A DNA stretch of 64,000 nucleotides from Haliotis cracherodii (Eukaryota): assembly GCF_022045235.1 (NCBI RefSeq), contig NW_027266286.1:32302001-32366000 (forward strand), read 5' to 3'. Positions 26,589 through 39,990 of the stretch are shown here, in pieces. The translations under genes and the position numbers were made by a program. Every line of letters starts with the position of its first letter. Positions within the stretch are counted from its first letter, which is position 1. Below the pieces are notes generated by a model. The model made no database searches, was not told where the DNA came from, and saw only the letters and a program-made list of their open reading frames with translations.

Positions 26589-29500
26589 CTATTTCCCTCG
26601 AGGTTCGAGATACCAAACGTCTGTCTTTACTGCGCCTTTTTTGGACAACTGCGTCGCTGCTTTGTTAACAGTGTATGCTGAACGGACAGTGTGCCACATT
26701 TTAGGTACTGTGTCCACAGAAGGAGCCGCCGGAGAGTCATGAGAAGGGTAATCATCCAGCGGCTCAAGGCGCCTGGGGCGACGGACTAGTGCAGTTGTTG
26801 CAGGGGCTACTGGGGGTACTTCTGTACTCATCAGGGGAAGAACCTCCACCTGCAACACATGTCAATAATCTCGGAATAAGCGACACATTAAGTAAACAAA
26901 AGGATGCTTAGGTATTTTACAAAATGCAAAGGGCGTCTCTAAATGTTTGTTGAAACATTGTTGAAAAGTATCATATACCATTCATAAATATTCATGAAAC
27001 GCAGTATGGTCCCAAATAGTCTAGGAAATACCTGTGTTTTTCTGAACTTCCTCTTAATAACGTATCCAGCTATGACAGCAAGAACCAATACGACCAGTAC
27101 TACTGCCACTGGTATCTGCCAAGAATCTGAAGAAGAAATGTAGGATCGTTTTGAATGTACATGTCATTATTGTTTTTCAATAAGACGAAAATAATAGAAT
27201 ATTACCAAACATGAGTACCATTAGTCAGGGTCGACCTTTTTATCTCAGGGACTCCTGTATTTGAATTTAATATTTCTGTATAACCCAGAAATTGCATGTC
27301 GTTAGGGTGTTTTGTTGATATATCTGGGGATAGTCCTGTAGGTCAAGGAGTGCTTGTACCCTGGAGTGGTTCGGTGGGGGTATTTGATCCTGTAGATCCA
27401 GGAGTGCTTGTGCCCTGGGGTGGTTCTGTGGGGGTATTTGATCCTGTAGAACCAGGAGTGCTTGTACCCTGGGGTGGTTCTGCTGATGTCCCTGTGGACC
27501 TGGGGTCGACGGTGGTTACTCGTTTATCGTTTTCACAGACAGAGTTAACATTATTAGAATAGATGGAACCAGCAACGTCTTCCTCATAGGAACCAGAGCG
27601 AGTAGTGCCAGCTGGGCATGCTTCACCAGACGAAGCTTCTTCGGAATTGCAACTCATATTGATCACGTCACCGTTTGAACCTTGAATACAATAAAAAGAG
27701 AATTAATTAAATAATTAATATTAGAGATCTATGACGAATCATTGTGTACTTCACAGGTATACATGGGTATTTCGTGTATAATAGCTATTTCTAAATATAG
27801 AAGGAAGATATTCTAGGGAGGGTGGTGTAAAAAAATGTTTTGGGGCAGGTAGGTTTTAATGGAGAAAATCTGTTCCAGACAATAATGAAAAAAAACCCAC
27901 CAACATATTGCCCCAGGTGATACAACAAAATTACAGTTGACTGAAGTAGAAAAATATATTACATGCCTTGACGCTATGACTGAAATCACCTTTGATTTGT
28001 GCCCATAACCATGTTCCCTTAGTCATGTTAGATAGTGTTATCTGGACGGAGGACGTCTCGCTGGTGTAGGTGACTCCAGTGAAGTTATTCCCGGGACATA
28101 GCAATGTCTGAGAGTTGTCCCCATCAGTTATTTCCAGATTGGTGTGTGACCCGTTGGAATAGATATGGATTGTTTCTATGATGATTGATGTGTCACAGGG
28201 TGCTGCTACTCTACATGAAACATTGTTACTGGAAGTCGTGTTCTCTTCGCTTTGAATAAATACTGTCGTATAACTTGCTGTCTGGTTAGACGTAGGATCC
28301 AGTATATACGTTTCTGAAAAACAGTCGGAAATTAGTAAAAATAATCCATGTTATTAACATGTGATTTCGTCTTTAGTTTACGTCTGTACTACTACACATT
28401 CCATCCAAACTTCAGAAAATTGCGAGTGCTAAGCTACTTTTGTTATTCCTTATTTGGCACATGCATACTGCACACGCTGCATGTAAGGTGTTAGCATCAC
28501 CATATGGCTCCTAATAATCGTGGATTATTCGTGGCACAGTTAGCGAATTCCAGCAATGACAGATGTATCAGCAATGACAGACTAAATCATGAAACAAAGT
28601 AAAATTTACGTTATGAGTAGTCTTACCCAGGACACAGGAGAAATCCATGATCATGTATGTCGTGAAGGCCATGTAACCAGCGTCCACATACGTCATGTTT
28701 ACTCGCTGGCGAGTCACTGGCCTCATGCACCTTGACTTCCCTACACACGCAGATAGGTATTCAGAGAGAGATATTCCCTTATAAAGAGACTTGTAGTCGT
28801 TTGCATCGTACGTGCAACACTTCCCACGATCATAATCAGCTCCAAATGCTGCCAAGGCACACCCAAGATTTGCTTTCTTTGCAAATGCGTAAATATTTTC
28901 GATTACAATAACTTTAGGACTATCGCATGAAGGTGTAAAGAAATCCAATTCATCTGACCCATCACCATAGCAACCCACTAATTCATTTGTGAAGGATTCT
29001 GAAAATTAAAAAAATAAAAAAATATATTTTACTTTAGTTATCACTGAATGAGCGTGTTTAAGGTATATTACACGATCTGGGTAAAACGAAATACGTATAA
29101 ATTACCCAAACCCGATTGATATGAGAACATATCAGTTTTGCACATGTTATCAATAGTACTTATCAGTTTGTCAACTAAACTAAACATACAATACTGTTAC
29201 CGCCTATAGTTGTGGAGTAATACACTGGATCAATAGACACTTCCACAGAGTACATAAACAGCAACATACTCTGTCAAGTAAATAAGTTTGGCAGTGGAAT
29301 AGAGTTGGTCCACAGCATTCTATAGCTATACTGGACGTACCAGGCAGTTTAATGGATCAGGTGGTCACGTTAGGTGACCCGATGATGTGAGTCGATGCAC
29401 GCAACATCAATCATTGGATGATCATTACTGGGTGCGGTGTTAAACGCATAGCGTCTGGTTTAACGTCGCTTTGAACAGTATTTCGGTAATACCAATGAGG

Positions 29501-30893
29501 GTCAGCATGATGACGAGAGGTAGCTGAACATTTCTGAGCCTATCTGTGATGGACTGTGTTGATAGAGTTGCTTGCTAATTATGTCAGATCACAATATATA
29601 TATATTATTCTTTATAATCCCATCCGAGGTCTGCCAACGACACTGATAAATGCCTGGATCCAACTGGTATGACGACCTACTCTTGGTGGTGTAAAACGTC
29701 ATCCACAGCTGAAAATACGTCATGATTATTTGCATGTTGCTTGTCAGATATTCATTTCTTCAAGCCTTGATATTCTCCCGCAGTTGGAAAAGCAGCTTAA
29801 CAGGATATTTGCCATTAATGATCTGACCTTTAGGGAGGTAGGATTCCTTTGAGAGCCCAGATAAAAAGAAGCCATAACTTTGTCAGCTGATGGAACAGAC
29901 TTATCGTGAGTCAACTGTCATTCATAATCATATCACGTATTTTAGCAACATTTTCGTTAATGGTGGCAGGTGAATGTCTTCCCATCTTCCCGACGCAAGG
30001 GAGTTAACTGAGTTTTAAAGTCCAGTTTCCACCCTTGCCGAACTAGGCTGCAATTATGGAGTTATATTTTGGCTGGACTAACGAGTCGATGCATAGTCCA
30101 GTCGAAATCGCGCAACGAAATCCACATCCGGTTGGTAAACTGCCGTGCAGATTTCGGTCGACTGCAGGATTTGTAAAGCATGTGCTTCGCCAACTGAGCG
30201 TCGTCAGATATTTTCCAAATCTTCTCATGTTTTTAATCAAGGTGGTCACGTGATTTGATGCACTTTGCTAAGTAAGGCCCGTTTTATTACAAAATAAATC
30301 TTGATTATGTATCGGATGGATCGTCATTTCGTTTGAAACAAAACCAAATGATATGGGAGGTGGAATCTAACTGGTCAATAGGAGGGACATATAAGGGACA
30401 TAACTCGTAATAGCCACTGATGACGCTACTATCGAACCCAGATATTCCGGCCTAGTTCGGCAAGTGTGGAAACTTGACTTTTCTAGTCAGTCAACTCCCT
30501 TGCCTCGGGAAGATGATGTCTTCCTGGCCCTTCACTTCCCATCTTCCCTTCTCAGTTTTGTTCAACATAGAATACCTAGTCCTTTTTATGACTGCAGAGA
30601 TATTCAGTCTGGTGATGTATTTGGTTCAAATGCAGCATGTTAGTTGCGTAATTATTGTACTTAGACATGCACACTGATGAAGAAATACTATATACCATTC
30701 GTATTCAGGCCCATGACTTTTCAGCCACTCTGCATATATCCCTCGAGCTCGCAACATCCTGCAGTTACTGTATTTACACAAGATTTTGCTTGTATTCGTG
30801 TCACATTTTGAGGAACGGTATTATACAGGCCTATGTATACTTACCCTGAAAGAAGATGAACATGGCCAGAAATGTGGCGGTACGTCCGTTCAT
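26589..30893 (-). CDS. Receptor gene B: signal + SUEL-like + CUB-like + PT/S repeat stalk + TM + tail; premature TGA in stalk
   Basis: Exons 30893-30845 (MNGRTATFLAMFIFFQ), 24-nt 29224-29201 (VYYSTTIG), 28998-28627 (GCYG..C..VIVIENIYA..CC..CVGKSRC..YMIMDFSCVL), 28313-27990 (..VSCRVAAPCDTSIIIETI..LEITDG..LLC..WLWAQIK), 27680-~27300 (stalk, TGA at 27345-27343), 27126-27032 (TM VAVVLVVLVLAVIAGYVI-KRK), 26849-26589 (tail). The stalk-exon donor is not resolved. Confidence 0.8.
27335..27490 (-). repeat. 57-bp coding repeat (EPPQGTSTPGSTGSNTPT-type) ~2.7 copies
   Basis: Repeat within the gene B stalk exon. Confidence 0.9.
29983..30515. mobile_element. non-autonomous TIR element, ~65-bp TIRs, perfect 9-bp TSD (Mutator-like)
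   Basis: catcttcccgacgcaagggagttaactga...cttgccgaactaggc / gcctagttcggcaag...cccttgcctcgggaagatg. TSD atgtcttcc at 29974-29982 and 30516-30524. Confidence 0.85.
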
Positions 30894-31239
30894 TTTCAGA
30901 AGTATGCCGTACGGACCATGGGTCAGATAGCCGGTGGGGCTTGAGGAGGAATGTCAAGACTTCCTGATTTTCAGAACCTGCGAATACGTGTCAGCTGTGA
31001 AAAGACATTATATACTAGATGGTTACCTCTGTAGGTTTTCACACTCGAGTCGCCATTGCAGAAAGCGCTCAACAGCTATGTTTATGCGTGTAGGAATTCA
31101 ACAGTTGCTAGTAGTGCAAGATTGAAATGATATGGGACATTTGTGCTACAAACATAAAGGACCGCCGAGTTATTATGTTTCATTACAGGTTGAGACTAAA
31201 CCCAGTGCGTGTGTCCGTGATTCCTGTGAGGCACGCATT

Positions 31240-31458
31240 CCCATGACAGTGTGGTGTCAGTTTGCAGACTGTCTGTCATTCAGCGCATTGAACAGAGCCG
31301 GGATATACTGGTAACTCGCTACCTTTGCCTCGGCACGTGTTAGATAATGCCCATGACAGTGTGGTGTCAGTTTGCAGACTGTCCGTCATTCAGCGCATTG
31401 AACAGAGCCGGGGTATACTGGTAACTCGCTACCTTTGCCTCGGCACGTGTTAGGATAA
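31240..31458 (+). repeat. ~110-bp tandem duplication upstream of gene B
   Basis: cccatgacagtgtggtgtcag...cctcggcacgtgttag occurs twice. Confidence 0.92.
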
Positions 31459-32341
31459 TAAAACAAAAATGCCATGGGTATTATCTAACTTAGACACTGT
31501 GAACGCCGTGGACGCCGTGGCAGTAGTTACCAAAGTTTTCATAAGTATCGGATGAAAGCAATAATAAAGACTTATATCCTTGATTAGTAATAAGACAGAA
31601 CGAACGTTATATAGACGTTTATCTCTGTCGGATAGTTTGTTACGATAACCGATTTGATCTTAAAATTATATATTTTCCCAACTTGTATAAAAAAAATATT
31701 GGGAAAAGACAATACGTAGTACACTACAATAACATGCTCCTTGTCTTTCTATCAGATATACATGTTGCCGACATACATATAATAAAAGCATGTTTAGAAT
31801 CAAATAGCAGCGTTATCAAAACCCACCAAATACAACCAGAGATGCAGCACACAAAATGTTGTCGATTGTTAAAGCAATTTTCCTTTTAATGAGTCTCAAT
31901 TTGTGAATGTAAACGACTGCTTCACACTGTGTCCGTTTGGGGTCCCTTGTGGTGTTCTAACTCGTCAGTAGAAACAAACAATTGGTGGAAGTTCCTGATA
32001 TGTGGACCCTGATCTGGAGTAAGACCGGCGTCGTCTTGATGAGTCACGTGTTGCTTGCCTCTCTGCGGGATAGCTCTAATTCCACAGCAACGTCCTGACG
32101 TCATGTTACATATGATCTTATGCTTACATGCCTCAAGTGGGCAAGGGAGATAACTCACCAAATCACATGCCTCCTATTTTCCATGTAGCTGCCAACCCAA
32201 GGGTTCTAATCAGTTGTTTAACTCCGTTGGTCATCATCAATACACTATTTCAAAACAAACTTGTATATTTCTCTTGATTAACAACAGGCAATAATTTATG
32301 TTTGATTCTTTATTAACCTATTTGCATCCAGAGTTTCACGA

Positions 32342-35018
32342 TCAGAGACTTGCAGAAAGTCTGAAACGGAGAAATTGAGTTGGATTGGAGCGACACCTAT
32401 AAATGTAATACAGTAAGTCTTTAAGGGACTGAGGCCTTGGTACTGGGGTGTTGGAATTACCATACCTCCATGATCTCTATGGTTGAGATAACGGGCGATA
32501 GTTTAAACATACCTTTTTTTCAATATGCTTTTCATGAAATCATAATATGTTTAAACTAGAAAATAATAACGGGACAGCATACATTGGAGTGACGTCACAC
32601 ATGTTTGCACACATCAGATCGATCAATTCTTTCTGTTTTGGAGAACGTATGTGCAACTCCCAGCAGCAATTACGTATTGCCACACTTTGTGTTTATTTAT
32701 TTACAGATGTCGCAATATTCAAAATATTCATAACATTCTTGATATGGCGTTGAAAGAAGTAATCAAACGTTACGTCATTGTTACTTACGGTCTCTCGCAG
32801 AGATACTGGAAATGAGACGTGCAGATATCATCAGCCCATTTGAAGTCATATTTGCCATACATCATCACACAATCTTGCTGGGTTGAGCTGCTGCCCTGGT
32901 TGGGTTCCTTTCCACCCCAGTCAAATATAGTCACGTTCTGCCGACTGTTCTCCCAGACCCAAACATTCTCGTGTCGAACGTCCGACGCTCCGATCCATAT
33001 TTTATCATCCACTGAAACACACATATGATGCGATTACATTCCGATGCAATGTCTTTCTACATAAAGGGACACAGGTGTCCCTGTCGTCAAAGGCGCCGCA
33101 CCTCGCCACGCAGAGTTACGTCCCTTGGGCACGCCAGAAACCTTTGGTCGTGGGTTCGGGTCCCGATTATGTTTCGAGATTTGTCATCACCGTACCCGTG
33201 TTCATGGGTTTCACCAAAGTGGCTTTTCTCCCACACGCCGTGAAATAACTGGAATACTGTTCAAACACCAACTCTTCAGGCCTAACCTGCATTAATGTAG
33301 ATAAATATAATCAAAATCACTTGGATGTTTTGGTCTACGTCAGCACGACTTTGTTTTGACATCTTGATTCCAAAAGATACATGAGGCAGACCCACATTTA
33401 TTGTCGCATAAGATATGTACATGTTACTTTCAGGGATACATAGACGGCATTTGTGCATTTATTCCAGCAACTGACCTTTGCCATTGAGTTCTCTCATCAG
33501 TGCATGGGCGTTTTGTATCTTGCTTGCAGTGTCAAACTGCGCGAGGTAGCCACTCTTCTTCTCACAGTCAAACTAGGTAAAAAACGATCAAAACCTAATA
33601 TACATATGTAACATTGTACTTTGTTCCACGCGTCGACATATATACACATTCTACACTTCTACCAACACACCTCTCGACATCAATCGCCTCGGCCAGTTGT
33701 ACAAGTGTGACCACAATGTCGCCTCGGCCAGTTGTACAAGTGTGACCACAATGTTGCCTCGGCCAGTTGTACAAGTGTGACCACAATGTCGCCTCGGCCA
33801 GTTGTACAAGTGTGACCACAATGTCGCCTCGGCCAGTTGTACAAGTGTGACCACAATGTCGCCTCGGCCAGTTGTACAAGTGTGACCACAATGTCGCCTC
33901 GGCCAGTTGTACAAGTGTGACCACAATGTCGCCTCGGCCAGTTGTACAAGTGTGACCACAATGTCGCCTCGGCCAGTTGTACAAGTGTGACCACAATGTT
34001 GGGAACTACGTATGACTAAAGTAGAACACAAGATTTATGTTTATTGTTTGAGTCTTGCTGATTTGTTAGATTAGTCTTTGAATAATGTTAAAGTACTCTC
34101 AATCCCATTAACTTTTATACAGTTCCAATATACATACATAACATACTATTTCACTGAATTGTTTGATAGGCATTACTTAGAAGTTGACGGATGACAAAGT
34201 AGACACAATACTGTAAAGGCGACGTTTCGGTAGAGCTCCTTATACCGTTGTCAAGCTTGATCTATACCGAAACGTCGCATTTACAGTATTAAAGAAGTTG
34301 TTATCCATAAGTTGTGTCTACTTAACTACTTTATTACTCTGTTCATAATTTATGCATGTACGTTATATAAAATAAGATTTGCTGGCTCTGTTTAGATGAC
34401 ATATGACACTGAGGTCATTCTATCTCGTTCCTTCACGAAAAGTTATCATGAGCAACTAAAAGAAACATATACCACTCACAAATATTCTGTAAAATTTATA
34501 TGTTTTATCTTATATATACGCGCTCAGAATACCTACAATTCGGGTTTCTAATCAAACAGACACGCTAACATCGGCTTCCCGTTATCGCGGCCCTTGGTAG
34601 TGTCATTGTCACACACACATTTGATATATTTTCTCACCCCTGAAGGTTACGTAACCTCATTCAACTCTCTCTCTCCCCCCCCCCCCCCCCCCCCCCCCCT
34701 CCTACTCCGTCTCATCCATGTATCACGGACATACCACTGCCAGCGGCCATTCGGTACCGTTTCGGTACACTCTGTAGCATGAGTTGTCAAACCGTGTCCA
34801 GCCATTCAGACAGTCGGCCGCTACTGAAATACGCGAGGAAACACATTTCACCACAGTTTTTTTTACGTGTAACGGCTGTCAAGATAAATTATTAGTTTGT
34901 GTTGGATAGCTTGTGGAGAAACTTTGGATCCCTTTCAACATTTAAAATATGTGTTGAGAATTTATTTACCTGATGGAAAGACCAAGCAAACTGCTAAGAC
35001 TGCGGTTATAGGCGACAT
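32342..35018 (-). CDS. CTL5: secreted C-type lectin (perlucin-like), 5 exons, intact
   Basis: Exons 35018-34970 (MSPITAVLAVCLVFPS), 34823-34735 (VAADCLNGWTRFDNSCY..EWPLAV), 33572-33476 (FDCEKKSGYLAQFD..), 33011-32789 (WIGASD..EPN..QDC..WADDIC..YLCERP), 32360-32342 (LSASL*). AATAAA lies ~30 nt downstream. Confidence 0.92.
33066..33265 (+). mobile_element. SINE family 3 copy in CTL5 intron
   Basis: gggacacaggtgtccctgtcgtcaaaggcg..cccttgggcacgccagaaacc..gtgggttcgggtccc. Confidence 0.75.
33684..33998 (+). repeat. 35-bp minisatellite x9 in CTL5 intron 2
   Basis: atgtcgcctcggccagttgtacaagtgtgaccaca repeated without spacers. Confidence 0.97.
34157..34325. mobile_element. inverted-repeat element with Penelope pLTR-like ends (second copy)
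   Basis: agtagacacaatactgtaaaggcgacgtttcggtag ... ctataccgaaacgtcgcatttacagtatt..ttgtgtctact. Confidence 0.55.
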
Positions 35019-36964
35019 CTTGGTTGGCAGAGAGAACGAGTGACCAAGATCAGATATACCTTGTCTTACTGATAAGCGTCTGGAATATTCGGTATGGTGC
35101 CCTCAAAACTCGTCATGTACCTAGAAAGGAAGTTTTATCGTAGGAAACTGCATAATATATATACATTTCAAACAAAACCGACAAACGAAAACACCACACT
35201 AACATGTGAAATTTTAATCTATTATTTATTTTGTCAATATTCCTTTAAAATTTATAACCCAGGATTTGCCCTGATTATGACCCTTGGGTTGTCAGAATCA
35301 ATTCGGAACTTCAGGGATTTCGACAAAGTGGTAAATGTCTAAGATCTGGATTAATTAGGGATGTCCTCACATACTGTTCAACGCGGCGTTAAACTATACT
35401 CACTCACTCACCAACTCACTCAAAAGCTACACAGCACGATTGATTACACTAAACACAAATCATTGATTCCAGCCTAACTGACCATTTAACCTTTGAATCA
35501 TCAGGCCAGTGCGCACACGTTGAATGCCCATTCAACCTTGAATCATCAGGCGTTGAATGCCCTCCACCGTGCGGGTAACTCAGCAATATCGTGGGATCCT
35601 CCGTGAGATAGCATGTCCCTACTGTTCACATTACTTAATATCAGTTGTTGTCTTCTTGGACGCAATACCCCATCTACGGGAATGAATTAGTAGCAATTAA
35701 CACCAATCCCACTACGTAATGCATAATTGAAGGGGTGGTTCATTCAAAATAGAATAATACGAGTTATTTCCCTTAGATTAGAAAATTTATAAATACTTGA
35801 AATCTTTTGACAGCGGTTCCTGGAGCAGTTGGTTACAAGGACACTTCTAGCAATATTCCAGCAATATCACGGCAGGGCCGACCGCTGATGGGGAGGGTGC
35901 GGGGAACCAGCATTCAATCAATAGAGTTCAAATACAGTTTGGACTCCCCATACATCCGTGCAGGTACATAGACTTACATAACATATGTTAGTCCTGCACC
36001 ACGACTGTGGAATATATTTATTTTATGAAAATAAAACAATCGAAAAACGTATACAAAAGCAAGGCTAGGGGAAATTATTTTTTTAGAGTCGAGAAGGGTA
36101 TTGTGTAATGTAACATTTCATAGACTAAATGTTAGTCTAAACAGAATGATGTTTACTTTGCATGAATATTTTCAATTACAATAATATCTTGAGGACGATA
36201 GCAACCCACTAAATATTTCGTGTATACTTTTATTAAATACAAACCCTCTTTTATTCTACATATTTTGTAACGGTTATATACTGTAAATGGGATCAGATAT
36301 TATTCCCTCAGCGTCCGAGCAATCTTTAAATTGAATCTGAAAAAAAACAAATCAGGTATTAGATAGTTGATGTATAGATATTCGTTTTGGATGCATAATA
36401 GTTGCTACTGAATTATAAAAAAAAATACTACCGTTCCTATATAACCTTATCACAAGCACATCAATATCTAAACACACGTCCTGTAAAACTAATGAAGATT
36501 GCCAGTGTACATACATACATGCACATGCGTCTGTCTCACAGTCCACGAGCCATATTAGTAATTGCTGGTTTCTATCAAAATGTTATATAGTCAGAGATCA
36601 AGCGTTAGTCTAACGTACTCCCATACAATCCCAAGGGAAGCACACGTTGTCAGAGGAAATTTGGGGATTCACGCATGTGGAAAATACTTCATACGTGACA
36701 TATTCATTCTTATCTTGAAAGCACTGATAAGGTCGAACACCAATTTTATTCACCATGTGCCCAAAACACATGAAACTAAACACACACACAATTCCTTTTA
36801 TCCCCTCCACCCACAGGCCAACCCCTACTTTTATACAGAGTATTTTCTGCACAACCGATATTTTAATCAGTTTAGTTCTATATGCATATGCTCAGGTTAT
36901 TTGTTTTTACTTTTGTCGTTTGATTTGTCTCTCGTTAAGATTCTGAATCAGTACCCGTGGTGAC

Positions 36965-37222
36965 ACGGGACAAGGGGACTGCACCCCACCCCACAATACT
37001 GACCTACAGACGTGTGTGTTTCGATTCTGCACCCCTAACCCTCTGAACTGATGCCGATTTATAGTGCTAGCCCACTGAGACACCATGCCGCAGTTTAACA
37101 CGAATAGCCCACTCGGACAACAGTGTACATCAAGTACCATCTTTTCACGTCTATTGGTATCACGCGGCCTGTGATCGAACCACGGACCTTCCACCCTGTG
37201 AGCGGACGCTCTACCACTAGAC
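36965..37222 (-). mobile_element. tRNA-derived SINE (family 1)
   Basis: Minus strand ctagtggtagagcgtccgctc..ggaaggtccgtggttcgatc..gataccaatagacgtgaaaagatggtac. Confidence 0.7.
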
Positions 37223-37707
37223 AACGGACTTTTGAACTAATGTATTTGAACACATACCATCAACACAGAATATCAGTGTGAGGAGAACGCCGGTTTCCCG
37301 GAAAGTCGCTGGATATTTTAGAACACTTGATACCAGACCTAAGGGTGCGCTATCATACAGATATGGGAACAGAAAAAAATATCTACAAAGTGTACACATC
37401 AGGTGCGCGGGAGGCGAGAGCATTCCTTCTGCCAGGTGGCCCGACACCTGATGATAGCAGCAGGCCAAAGTCCCCTCCCAGCGTACAGCGGTGCACGTAC
37501 TGGTGGGGCACGGCGACCACATGACCCACTCGACATGTTCATAAAGATTATCTATCTACATCTTTGTCCACACGAAAGGTGAAGCATTTATTAAACTCAT
37601 TAACGCGGATGCCTTTTATAGCTCTTTGGTTATCTAGAACGTTGTTTAGATACACTTTGAAATTATTGCTGTTATGGTGAACGCCATTTTAGCGTCCCTT
37701 GAACTAG

Positions 37708-37862
37708 ACTGACTGAGTATGGTTTTACGCCGCTTTCAGCAATATTCCAGCACTATCATGGCAGGGGTCACAAGAAATGGTCTTCACATATTGTACCCAT
37801 GTACAATTGGACCCAGGTCTTCGGCATGACGTGCGAACGCTTTAACCACTAGGCTACCCCAT
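37708..37862 (-). mobile_element. tRNA-derived SINE (family 2)
   Basis: Reverse copy of 59025-59187. Confidence 0.85.
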
Positions 37863-39990
37863 CCTTGAAAAAGAACGTTAACGAGAACGATGGTAGTCAT
37901 TAATTATGCGACTTCCTCTCGGTCAATGCACATACTTACACTGCCTGTCGGAATTAATATGGCCAGAGGTCATGAGCTTGTTGTACGTGTGCACAAATGT
38001 GTTCAATATATTACAATTCCTTAAATTATTTAAATTGGTACACATCACATCGACCTTCGATATTTAAATAATCATTGTTAGGACAAACCTAGGCCCCCAC
38101 TCTCCACAGATACACAGCAGGTGTTCAGAAGTTTGTTTTTCTGAGTACTTAGATACGGTATCAAAAAAATGTACAATCTTTCTGGCACGTACTAGTGCTG
38201 CAGTGTTAAAAAGTTAGATAGCGGTGATGTCTGGTAAGACAGACGTGACCATTAGTTAAACTTCACAGATAATGACAACTGAGCAAATTCTCGTTCCCAC
38301 TCCTGACCAATCGTCAAACGTGCATCTTGGTCTGGTTATTTGAAAATATCCATTGGTCATTGAAAACATATAGGTGTTTCAATAGTTCCCCGTGGAGGTA
38401 CATGGGCAGACTTTGCCCCTAGTTCCCTATGTTTGTCATAAGCGCCAGCTACACGTAAAACTTGGATTGGATGTTGACGTGGCTGTTGACGTGGCTGTTG
38501 ACTTGGCTTTCACAGATAAGATTTTTCCTTATCTGGTCCATTATCGCAAACTGGCTTCTCAATAAAAGGAAAACAAAAATTCATTTTTCAAAAGAAAACC
38601 TTTCACTCGAGTATACTTTTCAAAACAATTATACCGTAATCTCCATAATTTTGGTGCTGGAAAAACCCATATTTGACAAAAGAATTCAAGGTACTGGCCA
38701 AGCTGCTATTTACTCCTCTCTTAAAGTATAATAATTTGTGGGTAATGTACACAGCAGTGAAATGAAAATGCCACATAAATAGAAAGTTTTAAAACAAACA
38801 GAGTTGACAAGCGACATGTTATGAATAGTAAAGTTTTCTGAATGTCTATCATTAAATCTTGATTAAAAAGAATAGTAAGTAAAATTAATCTGTCCTTGAA
38901 ATTTGAATGTAATGTACTTCCTCTCAAGTACCTCAGCAATTGAGAAATGTAGACGCCATCAGCAGTAGCCGATGGTATTCTGCTCGCACAATTTGAAAAT
39001 CGAAACCATCACTTTTGTCATACAGCTTCATACAGAATGAGGGTTCTATCTTTTTAAGTTTCTATGTAGATGGGACACTGAAAATGGTTTCTCAGTTTTA
39101 TCTTTCATTTCCATCTCTGGTGGGCAGATGAAGTAAAGATGGGTTTTCATGTTGGCGTTGTTGATAGATATGAGGCCATCTGTATGTCTGATAGGTCGCG
39201 ATAAAAGTCAAAGCCTCAAGGGTTTCATATTCATGACACGACTGCACGTGCAAACTGAAAGTACAGAGACGGGTATTTTATTACATGGGCTCAGCATATC
39301 ATGAAACTATGTATGACTTGGCAGACTCTGTATAGTGGGTTGTAATCAATTGTTCACGGCACTTTAGAAACATTAAAAATATGTGTTTTCGAAGACATCT
39401 CCCCCCATATCATATGCTGGCATTGGCAAGTACTACAATTGGTTTACATCAACCCCTATCTTCATATATACACAATGATTACAGAATACAATACATCCAA
39501 CGGAAATATTCCTGAAGTCAAGGTTGGTTTGTAGATATGAACTTGTTTATTCTTGTGATGTCATGGGGATATTTATTACTTAATTACTATCTTGTGTACA
39601 GTAGTTTTTGAAAGTACAGGTGTGAGTCATCTTTGTGGAAAATCCTCATTAACGTGTGAGGTGTATCTAACGCCGTTTACGCAGCATTTCAGTTACAAAT
39701 ACTCACCTCGTTCGTTCAATCGCTTGTTTAAATTTAATTTGACGCATAGCAGAAAAAATGACAAAAAAGATGACGGTGTGGAAAACTTAAGATGAAAGGG
39801 AATCGATGCGCACTGTGGGAACATTGTGATGACGTTGTAAACTGATATGACTATTTTAGGCAATAGAGTGACGGAGGGGAGATGATCGTGGGTATTATTA
39901 TGATGATTGACGTCCTCAAACCCGGAGGAAAGCAACAGACAGGTTCTAGGGTCTCTAAAGCATAAACGGTTTCCATAAACGACAACTGTA

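Noticed and set aside
33684-33998. 35-bp repeats as a CRISPR array, and ORFs across them
   Set aside because: There are no spacers and no cas genes, and the repeat sits in a eukaryotic intron. The ORFs arise from a stop-poor repeat unit.
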